Positions 13,145-23,400 of a stretch of DNA of 64,000 bases are shown here, one piece after another (position 1 is the first letter of the stretch; every line of letters starts with the position of its first letter). The stretch lies in assembly GCA_965153285.1 (NCBI GenBank), contig OZ229113.1; one strand, given 5' to 3'. This stretch comes from Podarcis tiliguerta (Eukaryota). The notes under the pieces were generated by a model that saw only the letters and a program-made list of their open reading frames with translations, was not told where the DNA came from and ran no database searches. A program made the translations under genes and the position numbers.

Positions 13145-13325
13145 TTTACATTGATCAGCATTTGCCATTTTACTGCCCATTCACTCAGTTTGGAGAGTTC
13201 CTTTTGGAACTCTTCACAGTCTCTTTTAGACCCTGAACAATTTAGCATGAACAGGAAACCTGGCCACCTCACAGCTTACCCCTAACTCTAGGTCATTTAT
13301 GAACAAGTTAAAAAGCACAGGTCCA
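13145..13325 (-). mobile_element. CR1 LINE RT fragment
   Basis: ORF 13226..13555 ends GPVLFNLFINDLELGVSCEVARF, matching the RT core of the CR1 at 37047-39434. Confidence 0.75.
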
Positions 13326-13944
13326 CCCCCCCCCCACCCTTGAAATCTCACTTTTCTCGCACCTATCCACTTTTCAATAATAGCAGTGAAATATCTGCTC
13401 AGATAGGACATGGATCTGGGCTGGTGCAAAATCCAGTTACCACCCTGGCTCCATGCCTGGGTAAATATCTCCAGTTTATGGGCATGAAAAAACAACAGAG
13501 TACCCAGACATGGACAGTAGGCAAAGAAAATCCAGTGCTGTGTCCAATCAAACACACAAAAGAAGCAGCAAAGTTCATCAGTAGTTGTTTACTGAGGTTC
13601 AGCTGCTTAAGAACATAGTTACAGCATCACTGGGTCCCCAGTGACAGTCAAAAGCTTCAAAACGTAGAGGCATAACTGAAGAACAACGAAAGACGAATGA
13701 AGAAAGATGAATGAAAAACTGCCTAGAAGCCCAGCTATATCTCAGATCTGTGACCTTGGCTCTTTACAGACTCAACAGAATCAGTTCATAAACAACAGGT
13801 GCACGGATGCCATAAAGATAAAAACCTGACAACTCAAAAACTTTTATGTTCTACACCCATGATAAGAAACATACCCTGACAGTATGGAGGAAAGAGAGCC
13901 TTGCTGTGTGGTCTATAACTGCTGTCATGAGCAGCTTTAAAACA

Positions 13945-15510
13945 ATATAAAAGAATAAAAATTATTATAAATCAGTTTGGAGATGGTATTTAACACCAGT
14001 CAGATTAAATCAAATAAATGAGGAATATTTGGTGTTATGTTGGAGGAGATGCCAGGTAACCGGGAATTATGTTCACATGTTGTGGCAAAGGGTGTTCAAG
14101 GAGATAACAAAAATCTCTGGGTTAAAGCTGACCAGAAGTCCAGAGGTAACATTATTATCAGTTTACGATGGGGTGGAAGGTTCGCAGGCTATGAAGGACT
14201 TGCTCACAAACTTACTGACAGCAACACAAATTATGATAGCTAGGAAGTGGAAGGGGAAAGCAGAATATAAAATGGAAGACTGATATAAAAAGATGTGGGA
14301 TATAGCTATTAATGATAAATTAACGTGCAATTAAGGTAAGACAGGGAATACACAGGAGAAATGATTTTGAGGAGATATGGAAGGTATTTGTAGAATTTGT
14401 ATTGCGTGGACAGGCGGAGTCCCCAGATCCCGAGCGGTCCCCCCCATCATGTGGAATAACGACTCAAGACAACGTGCTATGGGATTAAATTGGCCACAAC
14501 TTTATTAAATTTCAAATGTGGGTAGACCTTGGCTCAGGCATTGGGCGCTCTCCCTCCCCAGTCCCCAGCCAGGGACCTAGGGAGCTTCAGGGTTATCCAG
14601 TGTGGGGGGGGGGATGGGCCGGCTCTGGAGAACATATGTTCAAGCAGAGATAGCCGCCCCCGTTACGCCGCCGCCGCAGGGGAGAGCAACGACGACCTTT
14701 CGGCGTACGGTCAAAGCCTCCCTTCAGAAACCCCTTTAACGGGGAACCCTGGTATTGCCGCCGCAAAGAGGAAGATGGACTAAAGGATTCCGCCCAAGGC
14801 CTGATACCGCCAAAGTTGTGACGTTTTGCTACGGGAAAGGCGAAACCTGCCAATGCAGGGAAATTCCTTTCTGGCCCTTTAACAGCGACCTTAACGTAGC
14901 AGCGCCCGCATACCTGTGAAGAAAAGTCAACCTGCAAAACCTGTGAAGAAAAGTTACCTTGCAAAAGATGACATTAACTGAGGGTGGGTAGGGTGGGAGA
15001 AGCTCTGGAGCCAAGTGAGGATTCCCAGGTAAGATCCTCCCTCTATTGTGTGGGCAGGTAATCCCTCCCCTACCTTGGCAACGCTTCCCCCAGGTGGGAT
15101 TGGACAACTGACTGAGGTAGGCGGAGACCTCCAGGTATCCCACCTGAGGGAAGGCAATGCCAAGCCTATGCTGATGGGGCCGCTCCAGATCTAGGGCTGC
15201 GCACGTCCACGCAAAGGGCGCCCCCCGTTTTAAGCGGGGAGCGGTCATTGTTAAAACGGAAAGGAGTCAAACCATTGCAAGAGGTGTCAAAATTTTGGGA
15301 GGTTGGATAGTTACAATGGAATGGTCTCAGTGGTGGGGTGCACATTTTTATTCTTACTTATTTATGATTATTACCTCAAAAAACAAAAAAACCCCCAATA
15401 TTATTAGATATTTTACCTTTATTTTATTTTACCTTTTATTATTAGATATGCGCGCTAACACAAGAAGACAGGAAGATTATGTAGACTCCAAATGTTTTCA
15501 ATAAAGTTTT
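13945..15510 (+). mobile_element. L1-clade LINE 3' end (ORF2 Cys-rich C-terminus and 3' UTR), split by an insertion at 14405-15246
   Basis: WRWYLTPVRL...CWRRCQVTGNYVHMLW...ARKWK motif; frame V E F V L L K R K G is restored by removing the insertion; AATAAA near 15501. Confidence 0.8.
14405..15246 (-). mobile_element. Unclassified CpG-rich non-autonomous element (solo LTR or DIRS-like), 842 bp
   Basis: Interrupts an L1 fragment and is flanked by direct ATTG repeats (14401-14404, 15247-15250); minus-strand AATAAA at 14501-14506; imperfect inverted repeat 14402-14449 vs 15172-15214; abundant CpG. Confidence 0.75.
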
Positions 15511-16216
15511 ACACCTGGCCTGGAATAGCTAAAAATTACTTTGGGCAAGCTTGATTTGTGAAGTTTTTCTTTGAAGGGCAGACCCCCTCCATCCTGCATT
15601 TGGAATGCATATGAAACTGTCTTAGAAAGTCCTTCTAGGGCCAAAAGTGCCTTTGCATGTGGCATGAATGGCTGCTATTCAATGAGTACAAGCCCAAGAC
15701 CGTCTTAGGCACACAGAACAAATGTTATTTGGATCTTGGCCACGGTGGAATTGGGGGCTGTGGGACCATTCTTGCTATTCTTTCCCCCTTATGAAAATGG
15801 CTTAGGGTGCCAGACATCATAAAACAGCACTGCATCATTGTCCAGAACAACAGAAACATCATTCATAAGTCATGCAAACACCTACTTGTCTGAATATTTG
15901 CCAGCCATGCAGCCTCGTACTGACATATACCAACAGAAATATCGCACAGATGGTCTTTAGTAATGCTTCAAACAAATTCTGCATTCCTGTCCCAAGACCT
16001 TTGGTCTGATGGCTCTAACATCCTTGAAAGTTCCAAGGTTTTCTGCTTCTTTGGGTCATCGTGGATTGCAGACAGTGTTAGTCATACTTAGTAGATCCCT
16101 TGAATTTAACAAGCAGAACTAGCATAGCTCAATTAACTTAAATGGGCCTTCTCTGAGCAGAACCTAGTTACATACAGCCCATTGACTTGCCTGTTTTCCA
16201 TGGGCTCAGTGAGATA

Positions 16217-16677
16217 TACAAGCTGGAACATGTGCAGAGAAGGGCAATCAAGATGATCAAGCGTCTGGGAACCAAGCCTTATGAGGAACGGTTGAGGGAG
16301 CTGGTATGTTTAGTCTGGTAAAGAGGAGACAGAGAGGAGATTCGGTAGCTATCTTCAAATATCTAAAGGGATGTCACATGGAAGATGAAGCAAGTTTGTT
16401 TTCTCCTGCTCTGGATGGTAGGATCCAAACCAATGTATCCCAAGTTACAAGAAAGGGATTCCAGCTGAACATCAGGAAGAACTTTCTGACAGTAAAAGCT
16501 GTTTGACAGTGGAACGGACTCTCTCGGAAAGTAGTCAACCCTCCTTCCTTGGACGGTTTTAAGCAGAGGTTGGATGGCCATCTTTCATGGATGCTTCTTA
16601 GTTGAGATTCCTGCATTGCAGGAGGTTGGACTTGATGATTGTAAGGGTCCCTTCCAACTCTGCAATTCTATGATTCT
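16217..16677 (+). mobile_element. CR1 LINE 3' fragment
   Basis: MFSLVKRRQRGD...FKYLKG...LNIRKNFLTV homologous to the end of ORF 37047..39434; ATTCTATGATTCT tail. Confidence 0.9.
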
Positions 16678-17589
16678 GTAATCATAGCAAAAGGAGAAAC
16701 CAATGCCTGCACAGCAAAGAATATATTTACCGACACCCATCCCATCATGGTGGAGCACAGAGGCATTAAAGAGAAGCAATAATGTTCTATTGGCCAGCAG
16801 CCTTTTGCTTTCTCCTTCAGCTCTCACCTAGTGGCTGCCATTCCAGTTCAGGCTACCTGAACTCTTTCCATCCCAACTGTGACCCTAGGTACTGATTCCT
16901 GAGTTTGCTTTCCCCCCTCCATGCTCCCGACCCCCTTTTCCTTTTTTTTCTGGACTGTAAGCCTGAGAGGAGAGTCTGTCTTGTTTATTTATTGGAAAGT
17001 CCCTGAGTTTTTGTGGTGTTTTTTTTTTTTTAAAGAGAGCTATAAACGGACAACAACAACAAAAAATGTAGAAGCAGGAAGTACACTATACCATGTATGC
17101 TGGTGGAAATAAACCTCACCTGCCAAAAGCCACCACCCGGTTTGAAAAGGCTTCCTGGTATTGTGTGCATTGGTTCACAATAGTTAGAATCACAACAGTT
17201 ATATTGAGGCTTGTTCCTTTAAATATGTTATTACCAAAAACTGCAGGGATTTTTGCCAAGAACCAAAGGACTGGGAGGTGGAGTGGGTATCTCCTGCAAG
17301 TAATGCAAAGATAAAGTCGTGAGGAGGGAAATGTTACTATGACATTCATTTTCAGAGCTCCTTTTTCTAGTGGCGTATGGCTTCTTGGGGAAAAAAGTTT
17401 TGTTCATTACACAAGACCCCCCACACTCCTTTGCCATCACTCTTGCTTTGCAATTTTTATAATCTCATTAGCATGCCTGGCGCTTACCCTTTGATTTACT
17501 ACCTCATTCACATGTCAAAGTTATTTCAAGTTACTACTTACAAATGCACAGAAATTGCCATCCCCATTCTCTTTTTTTATATATATATA

Positions 17590-18155
17590 ATATTTTATTA
17601 GGTTTTACAATAAGTGAACAACAAAAAGAGCACAATACAAATAAACCAACAATACAACAAAAACAATACAACAACTTATAAACACCATACAACAACAAAA
17701 AATTAAAAAGAAAAGAAATAAAAATGTTAAAAACACTCATTGTCTCTTTATATTCTTTACATTAACTTGTTTCTGCGATTTCCCCAGACCTTCCCTCTCT
17801 GTATTCCAGATCTTATATTCTGTCAGCAAATTCCTTCCCTCTGTCATATTTTAAAAAAACATCATAATCTTAGTGTCTTAATAAAGTTACATTTCCATGT
17901 GTCTTAGTACTTATTGGTCTTTCTTAATCCTTTAATTTTTATACTAATAGTCCTTTAGGTTCAATCTGGTGTCATCAAACATTCGTTATCTTATAGTGGT
18001 TCTGTAGATAGTCTTTAAACTTCCTCCAGTCTTCCTTCACCGTCTCTTCTCCCTGGTCTCTGATTCTGCCAGTCATTTCTGCCAATTCCATGTAGTCGAT
18101 GACTTTCATCTGCCATTGTTCCAAGGTGGGTAGTTCCTGTGTCTTCCTTGCCATC
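17590..18155 (-). mobile_element. L1-clade LINE extreme 3' end
   Basis: ORF 17975..18160 (KTQELPTLEQWQMKVIDYMELAEMT...WRKFKDYL) parallels the C-terminus of the 6454-8480 L1; AT-rich 3' UTR with a minus-strand AATAAA near 17592. Confidence 0.75.
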
Positions 18156-18344
18156 CCCATTCTCTGGGCAGTGACAGAACCACCAGCTTTGAGGTCAAAC
18201 TAACCTTTTCTGTTACAATATATCTTTCTGCTAATTGCAAAGCTTCTTTCCAGGAAATGGTATGAAATAAAGAAATCCCTGGCAAAATTTAAGTATCTTC
18301 TCTGTTCTCAGCGGGCCTTGTTTTCAAGGCACATTTAAAGCTTA

Positions 18345-18480
18345 TACCTTCACCCAAAGAAATCTGGGGACTGTTTTTTTGTTAAGGGTGGTGGGAACTG
18401 TAGCTCACTGAGGGGTAAACTATAGTTTCCATGATTCTTTGGGAAAGCCATGTGCTTTAAATGTATGGAGGGTACATTTA
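18345..18480. mobile_element. Palindromic non-autonomous DNA element (related copy at about 24050-24210)
   Basis: Shared core gggaactgtag...gttaagg...gggtaaactacagttccc and catttaaagc/ctttaaatg inverted flanks in both copies. Confidence 0.55.
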
Positions 18481-18708
18481 GATTACCCCTTGGAAACAGT
18501 ACAAGATGTGTCCAGGAAATGAGGCATCTGATCAAGGTCTGTATTTTAAAATGAGCTTAAGGATATATTTGCAAATGTTTGTATGTTTCATGCCAGGCAG
18601 AAACCAGCTGGCTAAGTACTCTGGCAGTTGTTTTTCTTCCTTCTCTCCTGAACAAGCCCCCCCCCCCCCCTGATTTATGGCAGTAGCAGGAGACAAGTTT
18701 CTCAAAGT

Positions 18709-18960
18709 TGTAAAAGGGAATTACAGGCTGGGAGCAAAGGTTATACTGACCCTACATATTACAGAATACAATCAAGCTGCAAAAACACTAATTAAGAGTT
18801 GGTAAATAGTAAGATTTATTGTTTAACAGAAAATAATACCATGTGCCTCCCATCAGATTCTAGCCATATTTTCCCAAGGTTTAAGGTATCCTGAGAAAGT
18901 TAAAGGGCAATAAATTTTGGGAAGGGCTAATGGGGAAAGCAGCTGACTGGGAAAGGGGGT
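18709..18960 (-). mobile_element. Possible truncated LTR (R/U5 end) on the minus strand
   Basis: Minus strand ends ...TTTTACA at 18709, with AATAAA (tttatt 18815-18820) about 105 bp before the end; could be the remnant 3' LTR of the minus-strand provirus. Confidence 0.3.
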
Positions 18961-18961
18961 G

Positions 18962-19638
18962 TGTAAAATGAAGAGGCTTCTTTTTACTGAGTTCCTTTTA
19001 CTTTGCAAAGGCCTTTTCTTCTAAAAAGCTATCTATGTTATGTATGAGATTTATTGGCTTAATGTAATTATGCAAAGGATTTAGAAAGTAAGAAATGTTA
19101 GATTCTTATGTTAGATTCTTATTTCATTGATGGTGTGTGAGAATGTGAACCCAAGATCTCTGTTTAGATAGAATTTAATACCATGAGCCATTTGTTTTAG
19201 AATGCAGGGGCAACAGGGGCAAAAGGTGATCTGGTAATTAAGGTGCCTTGTTGAGGCAAATGTAAGATATATGGCTACTTGTCTGCCATTTATGGATAGA
19301 AGGAAATATAGCTCTTTGTCTCCCATAAAAGGTAATAGGAAATGGATGTATCTTTTATGATTGGTTCTAGCAAACAGCCAATAGGAATTTCAACCAGGCT
19401 GATTGGAGAGAGGCAGCCAAAGGAGGAGCAAGGGGGCTGGGCTGAGGAAATATAAGTGCTGGCCATCAGGGCTGGAGTGGGCAGAGCTTTGGTAACCATA
19501 TACCACTGTGCCTATCATTAATTTGTCTGACAAATAAATTATTATTTTAATTTCTATATTGCTGCATTGAATATTTCATTCCAGCTAAGCGTTAACCACA
19601 AGCAGAGTGCTACATTTTATGGTGCCTGCAACTCGGAT
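18962..19638 (+). mobile_element. LTR (18962-19614) followed by a tRNA-His-like primer binding site (19620-19638)
   Basis: TGTA...TACA termini, CCAAT/ATTGG boxes at 19359-19406, TATAA at about 19450, AATAAA 19533-19538; tggtgcctgcaactcggat resembles the tRNA-His PBS TGGTGCCGTGACTCGGAT. Confidence 0.7.
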
Positions 19639-20975
19639 AAGTGGTCTGCTGGAACGCAGCCCCTTCGCCTTAGCGGGCAGGGTACATGAGATGAGAGGCA
19701 TTGTATCCTCATCATCTGCCTGCATGTGTTTCTGTATCACATAAAGATCTCTAGCAGACATTCCTGAAGGAAGGCGTGGAAAAAATGTAGTGCAGAGAGA
19801 GAATAAGCAAGGGATACATTGTAAAAAACAACAAGTTCCAATTAAGGCAACAATGATTAGCAAACCATACATGAGCCAGGTTCGAAACCACCCAATCTGT
19901 GGTAACGAAGACCACAAAACATCCCACCAGGAGGAAAGAACATCCTGTGTGATGTTGTGTACTAGTGCTTGCAACTGATGAATTTGAGTTTGCACATGGG
20001 AACTATTATCAGTCAAATTAAAACAGCAAAGATTAGACACAACTTGACATCCTTGATGCTGGAGTAGCAAGAGACAGTCTGCAGAAACTTTCAGTGTAAT
20101 AACAGCTTCTCTTAAAATCTTCTGTTCTTGATTTAAAAGAGCTAAAGCACGTGAGGTATGATTTATAGATTTTGTCAAAGAACAGGCCAGGTGAGCACCC
20201 ATGCGAGCATTGTATATAGCCAAAGCAGGGACTCCCACTAAGAAAGCAGCCAAGGAAGTATACTCTGCTTTGGAAAAAAAGCTGTAGATTGGAGTCACAC
20301 ATGTCTGTTAATCTTTCTGCATGATGTTGAGGGCGCTTTGAGTGCTGCTGCCTGTTTTGTTCTAAAAGTGAGCGACTAGGCATAACCCATGTTAGTCTGT
20401 TGAGGCAGCATTGAGCATCAGATAAATTTGCGGAAATGTAGTTATAACTTCTTTGATTACACGTGAAAAACCAGCTATCTGGTAAGCGCACATGAGCATA
20501 ATTAAAAGCAATCTGCTGAACACGTGAACAACTCCAAGTTGACCTTCCTGTGTCCAGATAGCGAGTTGCTTTCTTACTGCAATTCACAATCTGAGCACAA
20601 GAGGTGTCTGGCGGTGCTGCAACTCTAGGTGTGTATAACGAGATTGCATTCAGGGGTAACTTTTGTGTCACTGTTCCCCAATCATGGAGATTGGTATAAC
20701 TAATGATACCTTTAGAAATCCATTTAGAAAACCACTTTCCCATGTGTGTGGCATGTGCCATGTGAAAAGCTGTGTACTAACTGGAATTATACAATTTCCT
20801 AAGTCAGTGTGTATATCATATGTTTCACTAAAAAAAAAGGAGAGAGACAGTAGGAACTTTAGCTAAACGCACTCACATATTATAGCTATGACTAGAATAA
20901 ATGTCAGCGGGAAGATAGATACATTGAGTAATAGGTATCAAAAAAACAAATAATATACATATAAAATCAGCATAG
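19585..20975 (-). pseudogene. env: ERV env pseudogene, alpharetrovirus (ASLV)-like SU/TM
   Basis: Signal-like FICILFVFLIPITQC, NM*VRLAKV, LGNCIIPV; SU end RLPDSWFFTCNQRSYNYISANLSDAQCCLNRLTWVMP; TM LTDMCDSNLQLF/SKAEYTSLAAFLVGVPALA...LACSLTKSIN, heptad region, CQVVSNLCCFNLTDNS (CX6CC) and TM helix; several stops and frameshifts. Confidence 0.9.
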
Positions 20976-21189
20976 AGTTCATATGTAGCTGAGTAATTAG
21001 AGCTACTAAAAAAGTCTCTGATTCTTCTGGAACATCATGATGCTGAAATTGAGTTCTGGCATCAGAGGTCAAGGTCTTCAGCATTCCCCATGTCGCCTTC
21101 GGGCATCCCTCAGCCTTTCGAGGATGAAGACGGGTGCAATAGACTTTCTCATGGGGCTGCTGAGCCTGTAGAGGCGGAATCAGGGTCAT
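20938..21189 (-). pseudogene. Betaretroviral-type env leader (Rec/Rem-like signal-peptide region) remnant
   Basis: PKATWGMLKTLTSDARTQFQHHDVPEESETFLVALITQL resembles the HERV-K Env/Rec leader [38 protein letters not shown] (recalled sequence); overlaps the integrase end as in betaretroviruses. Confidence 0.65.
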
Positions 21190-21229
21190 GGTCCTTGCAA
21201 AGTCTGGAAGGGGATTCTGCAGGCCTTGG

Positions 21230-22560
21230 TGTCAGCGCAAGTCTTGGCCAATAGGGATGGATACAGCGACCTGGAATCCACACAGGACCTGAGGAAGTAA
21301 GAACAATAGGGTCTCCTGCCCCTAGGTAATTAAAGGAACAGGTAATCAAAGGAACAGGTTCCTCTCACTGTGGGTTGGGGAGCTGCTGGTACGTCACTAG
21401 AGGGCGTTCCAGAGATACCTCTTTCCTACAATGGCATTTCATAGGAGAAAAATTATTAGGAAAGGAAACAGTTGATTTAAGGTAAAGAGAACAATTGACA
21501 TGACATTAAATAAATCTTGTGGTCGAACGCCATTATCTCCAAGCTGATTCCTCAACAGTTGAGTGAAGGTTCTGGGGGCACGTTACTTGACTTGTGGAAT
21601 TGTAAGGAATGCCATGTTATATGAAACTAGAATAAGTGTCAATACTAACATGCAGGTAACAATGGGGCGCACAGGCTGAAACTCTAGTGACATCTGTCTG
21701 CCATAAAGCATTTGCATTAGATCCTCTAGGATTGACTCCATCAAAAGGAAAGTTAACAGGAGTTAAAACGCAGGAAGGACATCCATCAACAATATCCTTA
21801 GCTTGTGTCAAAGGAATGGAAAAATTGTTCAATGCAGCTGCTTAGCTTCAATTAGCTGCTTAGATTCCTAGTGAAAAAATGCATGGTTGTCAACTGCATT
21901 AGAAAATAATGGACAGAAAGATTTCAGAGCAGAATCAGCATGTTGATTTCCTTCTGCAATTATATCTTTGAATCCTGTATGGGAACAAAATGTGAGAAAG
22001 GCATAGTTCTATGTGTTAAGAAATATTTCAGTGTGAAGAACAAAGAGAGTAGATTAAAATCTAGCATAGGTGAAAGATTGGAATTAGCCAAATGTGACAA
22101 AAAGATATCCCACTTCACACAAAAATCACAAAATGCAGTGTAAGTGTGTAGGCTGGTCTCTGTCAGTTTTCTGATTAGCTGCAAAAAAATATGCCAGTTA
22201 TTTTCAGAATCCTTATACGTTAAAACTTTCTAGAGGTGTTGAATAGGAACCTGTTTTTGGACAGAAACCAAATTTCAGGGGTACCTGTTGAATTAAAACT
22301 AGGCATGGACCTTTAGGAGGGTTAAAATAAACTATTTCAAGGTAATCAGTAAATGTAAACAAATAGGAAAAAGAAAAACTCATTAAGGACTCGTGCTCCT
22401 GCTTTAGAAAAAAAAGCAAATAACAAGCAGCGATATCAAATCCAGTGTTAGGCAAATGTAGCCACTTTAAAATCACTATTCTGTCAGCAGCATCTGGGGA
22501 AAAAGTAGTCCTGTAGGTGAAAACATTGTATTAAGGAAAATCACGTATATGAAGTGACTC
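21230..22560 (-). pseudogene. pol: ERV pol remnant (RT connection, RNase H, integrase); RT catalytic core deleted
   Basis: HAFFH...IPLTQAKDIVDGCPSC zinc finger, GVNPRG...LWQTDVT...LHVSIDTYSSFI, C-terminal GPVWIPGRCIHP, and KWLHLPNT connection motif; all class II/betaretrovirus-like. Confidence 0.9.
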
Positions 22561-22691
22561 AAAAACTCTGCAACTGCTGTAAAGTAAATTCATTAGGAAT
22601 TTTAGGTTCAGGGAGGAAAGGAGAAAAAACAGTCTGCAACAGGTGATGAAGAATGAGTCTCACTGTCTGAGGTGGAAATCAGACCTGTATG

Positions 22692-23400
22692 CTATGTCTT
22701 AATTTTATAAACCACCATAGGGCACTGGAACTGAAAAGTAGCAAGTTCTGCTGTCGGTAGATTCAAACCAGCACTGCCGTTAGCGGCATGGCGCAGATTT
22801 GTCACAGGAGACTGTGTGTTAAAAGCAACTGTGTTAGAAGAGATAGCTGGCTCTGCTAATTTAGCTTCAGTAAAATCCTGACAATCAGCTGGCACAACAG
22901 TCTTTGTTCTCCCTTTTAAACCCAGGCTGGAAGGCCACCTGTCCTGGCATTGCCTGTCTTTAGCAGGATGCAGTGAAGGAGACAAAGCTGCTAGGCGGAC
23001 AGATTTGTGAGTCTTGGTGTCAATATTCTGGCAAGGCTTAATCATTTGAGCAATCTCTGTTTCTGGCTTCTGGTACATCGCTTTAAGAGCAGTCTTGCAA
23101 TCAGCATTTGCATTTTCATAAGTCAATTGTTTCATTGAAACTTCAGAGGCTTCAAGGTTTGCAATTAAAGTACTGGCTGCTCTTAGCCCATCAAGAATGC
23201 CATACAAGCCATTTTCTGTCACACTTCGCTTCAATTGTTTAAAAACTGCGAAGGGCAATGATTCATGGGCTCTCTGTTCCTGTGCATTCTGAACAACAGG
23301 ACAGACTGACAATAATGGTAATGTGTCAGCTGTTTTTTCTCCACTGCTTTCTTCTGCCATATTTGGAATAACCAATTTTTGCACTGTGGTCTGAGCCCCT
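22692..23400 (-). pseudogene. gag: ERV gag (CA) fused by deletions to the start of dUTPase/pro
   Basis: PVVQNAQEQRAHESLPFAVFKQLKRSVTENG and KQLTYENANADCKTALK...QMIKPCQNI (betaretroviral CA), then LRHAANGSAGLNL (dUTPase motif 1, AT.GSAGLDL). Confidence 0.85.

Noticed and set aside
14529-15248. ORFs inside the CpG-rich insertion as protein genes; hammerhead (retrozyme) motif in the same element
   Set aside because: The ORFs show no known motifs and are expected in GC-rich DNA; no CTGANGA...GAAA core with pairing stems was found by eye.
19585-20761. Intact domesticated syncytin-like env gene
   Set aside because: There is a frameshift at the SU/TM junction, a stop and frameshifts in the N-terminal SU, a degraded furin site and no native stop codon; it is a pseudogene as assembled.
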